Shown piece after piece: positions 52,464-53,188 of a stretch of 53,188 nt of DNA. The translations under genes and the position numbers were made by a program. Numbering within the stretch: the stretch's first letter is position 1; each line of letters begins with the position of its first letter. The stretch covers positions 1 through 53,188 of the forward strand of contig JWZX01003274.1 of assembly GCA_001275005.1 (NCBI GenBank), read 5' to 3'. The notes beneath the pieces were generated by a model. That model was not told the origin of the DNA. It made no database searches and worked only from the letters and a program-made list of their open reading frames with translations. The DNA is from Chrysochromulina tobinii. Lineage: Eukaryota.

Positions 52464-53188
52464 ATGGTAGCATTCTCGTCTGGCTCTCAGTCGAGAGCGA
52501 TGTGGTGCTGGGGCCCGAGTGCTCGCGCCTTCGTCCTCGCTTTTGCCCTCAGCCATCTGCGCATGGCCGAGGCGCTCCCCCCGGTCGCGAAAACGAGTCC
52601 CTCACGCGCTTATGCTGGGCTTCCGCGTGTGGTCGATTTTATGGGGGGGGACAGGGCAAGCTCGCGCGTCCCCATGCTCGGCGCGGTCGACGCGCACGAG
52701 ATCCTGGGCGACAAGGTGCCCTCGAATCGGCTTTATGGACTTGCCCCACTCGAGCGGCATCGTTCGTACGCGCGCGTTCTTTCTCTCCGGGTACTCGTCA
52801 AGGTGGCGTCAAGCGGGGGGCTTCACATTCCCGCCGGCCCTTTTCCGTTTGGTCGGGCATCGGCAGCTTCGCCTATTATAATCGTGCCCGCGACGTTCGG
52901 GGCATTTTCCGGTGCTGTGCCCAGGCCTTCTTCGCCCCGATCGGAGTCCTTTCGGTCCATCGACTGCGCGCACGATGAGCCTAGCCTCGATCCGACTGTC
53001 CTGCCTTTCGCACGGCGCGCGGCCATGTACACGTTCGCCGTTCTCGCGCCGCTTCCGGTGGGAATCAAGGTGCTCGCCATCGCTATGAGTAACTTCTACC
53101 CCGTCGACGCGGTCTGCCCGCACTGCAAGGACACCATCTTGCCGGCCGGTCATTTGGCTGCAGCGTGCCCGCTGGTCGTCGAGCTCAC
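52464..53188 (+). CDS. ORF running off the right edge, with a CxxC-x8-H-x4-C motif; possibly retroelement gag-like
   Basis: Read by hand: open from ATG 52464 (further ATGs at 52563 and 53025) to the window end; encodes VCPHCKDTILPAGHLAAACP; not in the supplied track because it has no stop. Confidence 0.35.
   Translation, partial: MVAFSSGSQSRAMWCWGPSARAFVLAFALSHLRMAEALPPVAKTSPSRAYAGLPRVVDFMGGDRASSRVPMLGAVDAHEILGDKVPSNRLYGLAPLERHRSYARVLSLRVLVKVASSGGLHIPAGPFPFGRASAASPIIIVPATFGAFSGAVPRPSSPRSESFRSIDCAHDEPSLDPTVLPFARRAAMYTFAVLAPLPVGIKVLAIAMSNFYPVDAVCPHCKDTILPAGHLAAACPLVVEL

Overview
GC-rich, gene-dense, intron-poor eukaryotic nuclear DNA. It most likely comes from an alga with a complex plastid, probably a haptophyte. 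This is inferred from signal-plus-transit-peptide N-termini, a flagellar DNAJB13-like gene, short GT-AG introns and strong GC3 bias. About 23 protein-coding genes are arranged mostly as tight head-to-head and tail-to-tail pairs. I reconstructed five GT-AG introns by hand, which join ORFs the track shows separately. Recognisable genes are a DNAJB13/RSP16-like J-protein, a C2HC zinc-finger protein, a thylakoid-lumen protein, two glycosyltransferase-like proteins, a SAM methyltransferase, a GH127-type hydrolase, an NCX Na+/Ca2+ exchanger, a TYW3 fusion, an atypical SDR, a sulfotransferase, a TauD-AKR fusion, an ARM-PARP-like protein, a 2679-aa ABCA transporter and a bacterial-type uronate isomerase. 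The most striking architectures are: (1) an ABCA transporter with SRCR, Cys-rich and WSC modules in its first extracellular loop; (2) a 2OG-Fe(II) dioxygenase fused to an aldo-keto reductase, next to a sulfotransferase; (3) an armadillo-repeat protein with an H-Y-E ADP-ribosyltransferase-like domain; (4) TYW3 fused to an unassigned globular domain. No rRNA, tRNA or CRISPR array was seen. All family calls come from reading motifs, not from database searches.
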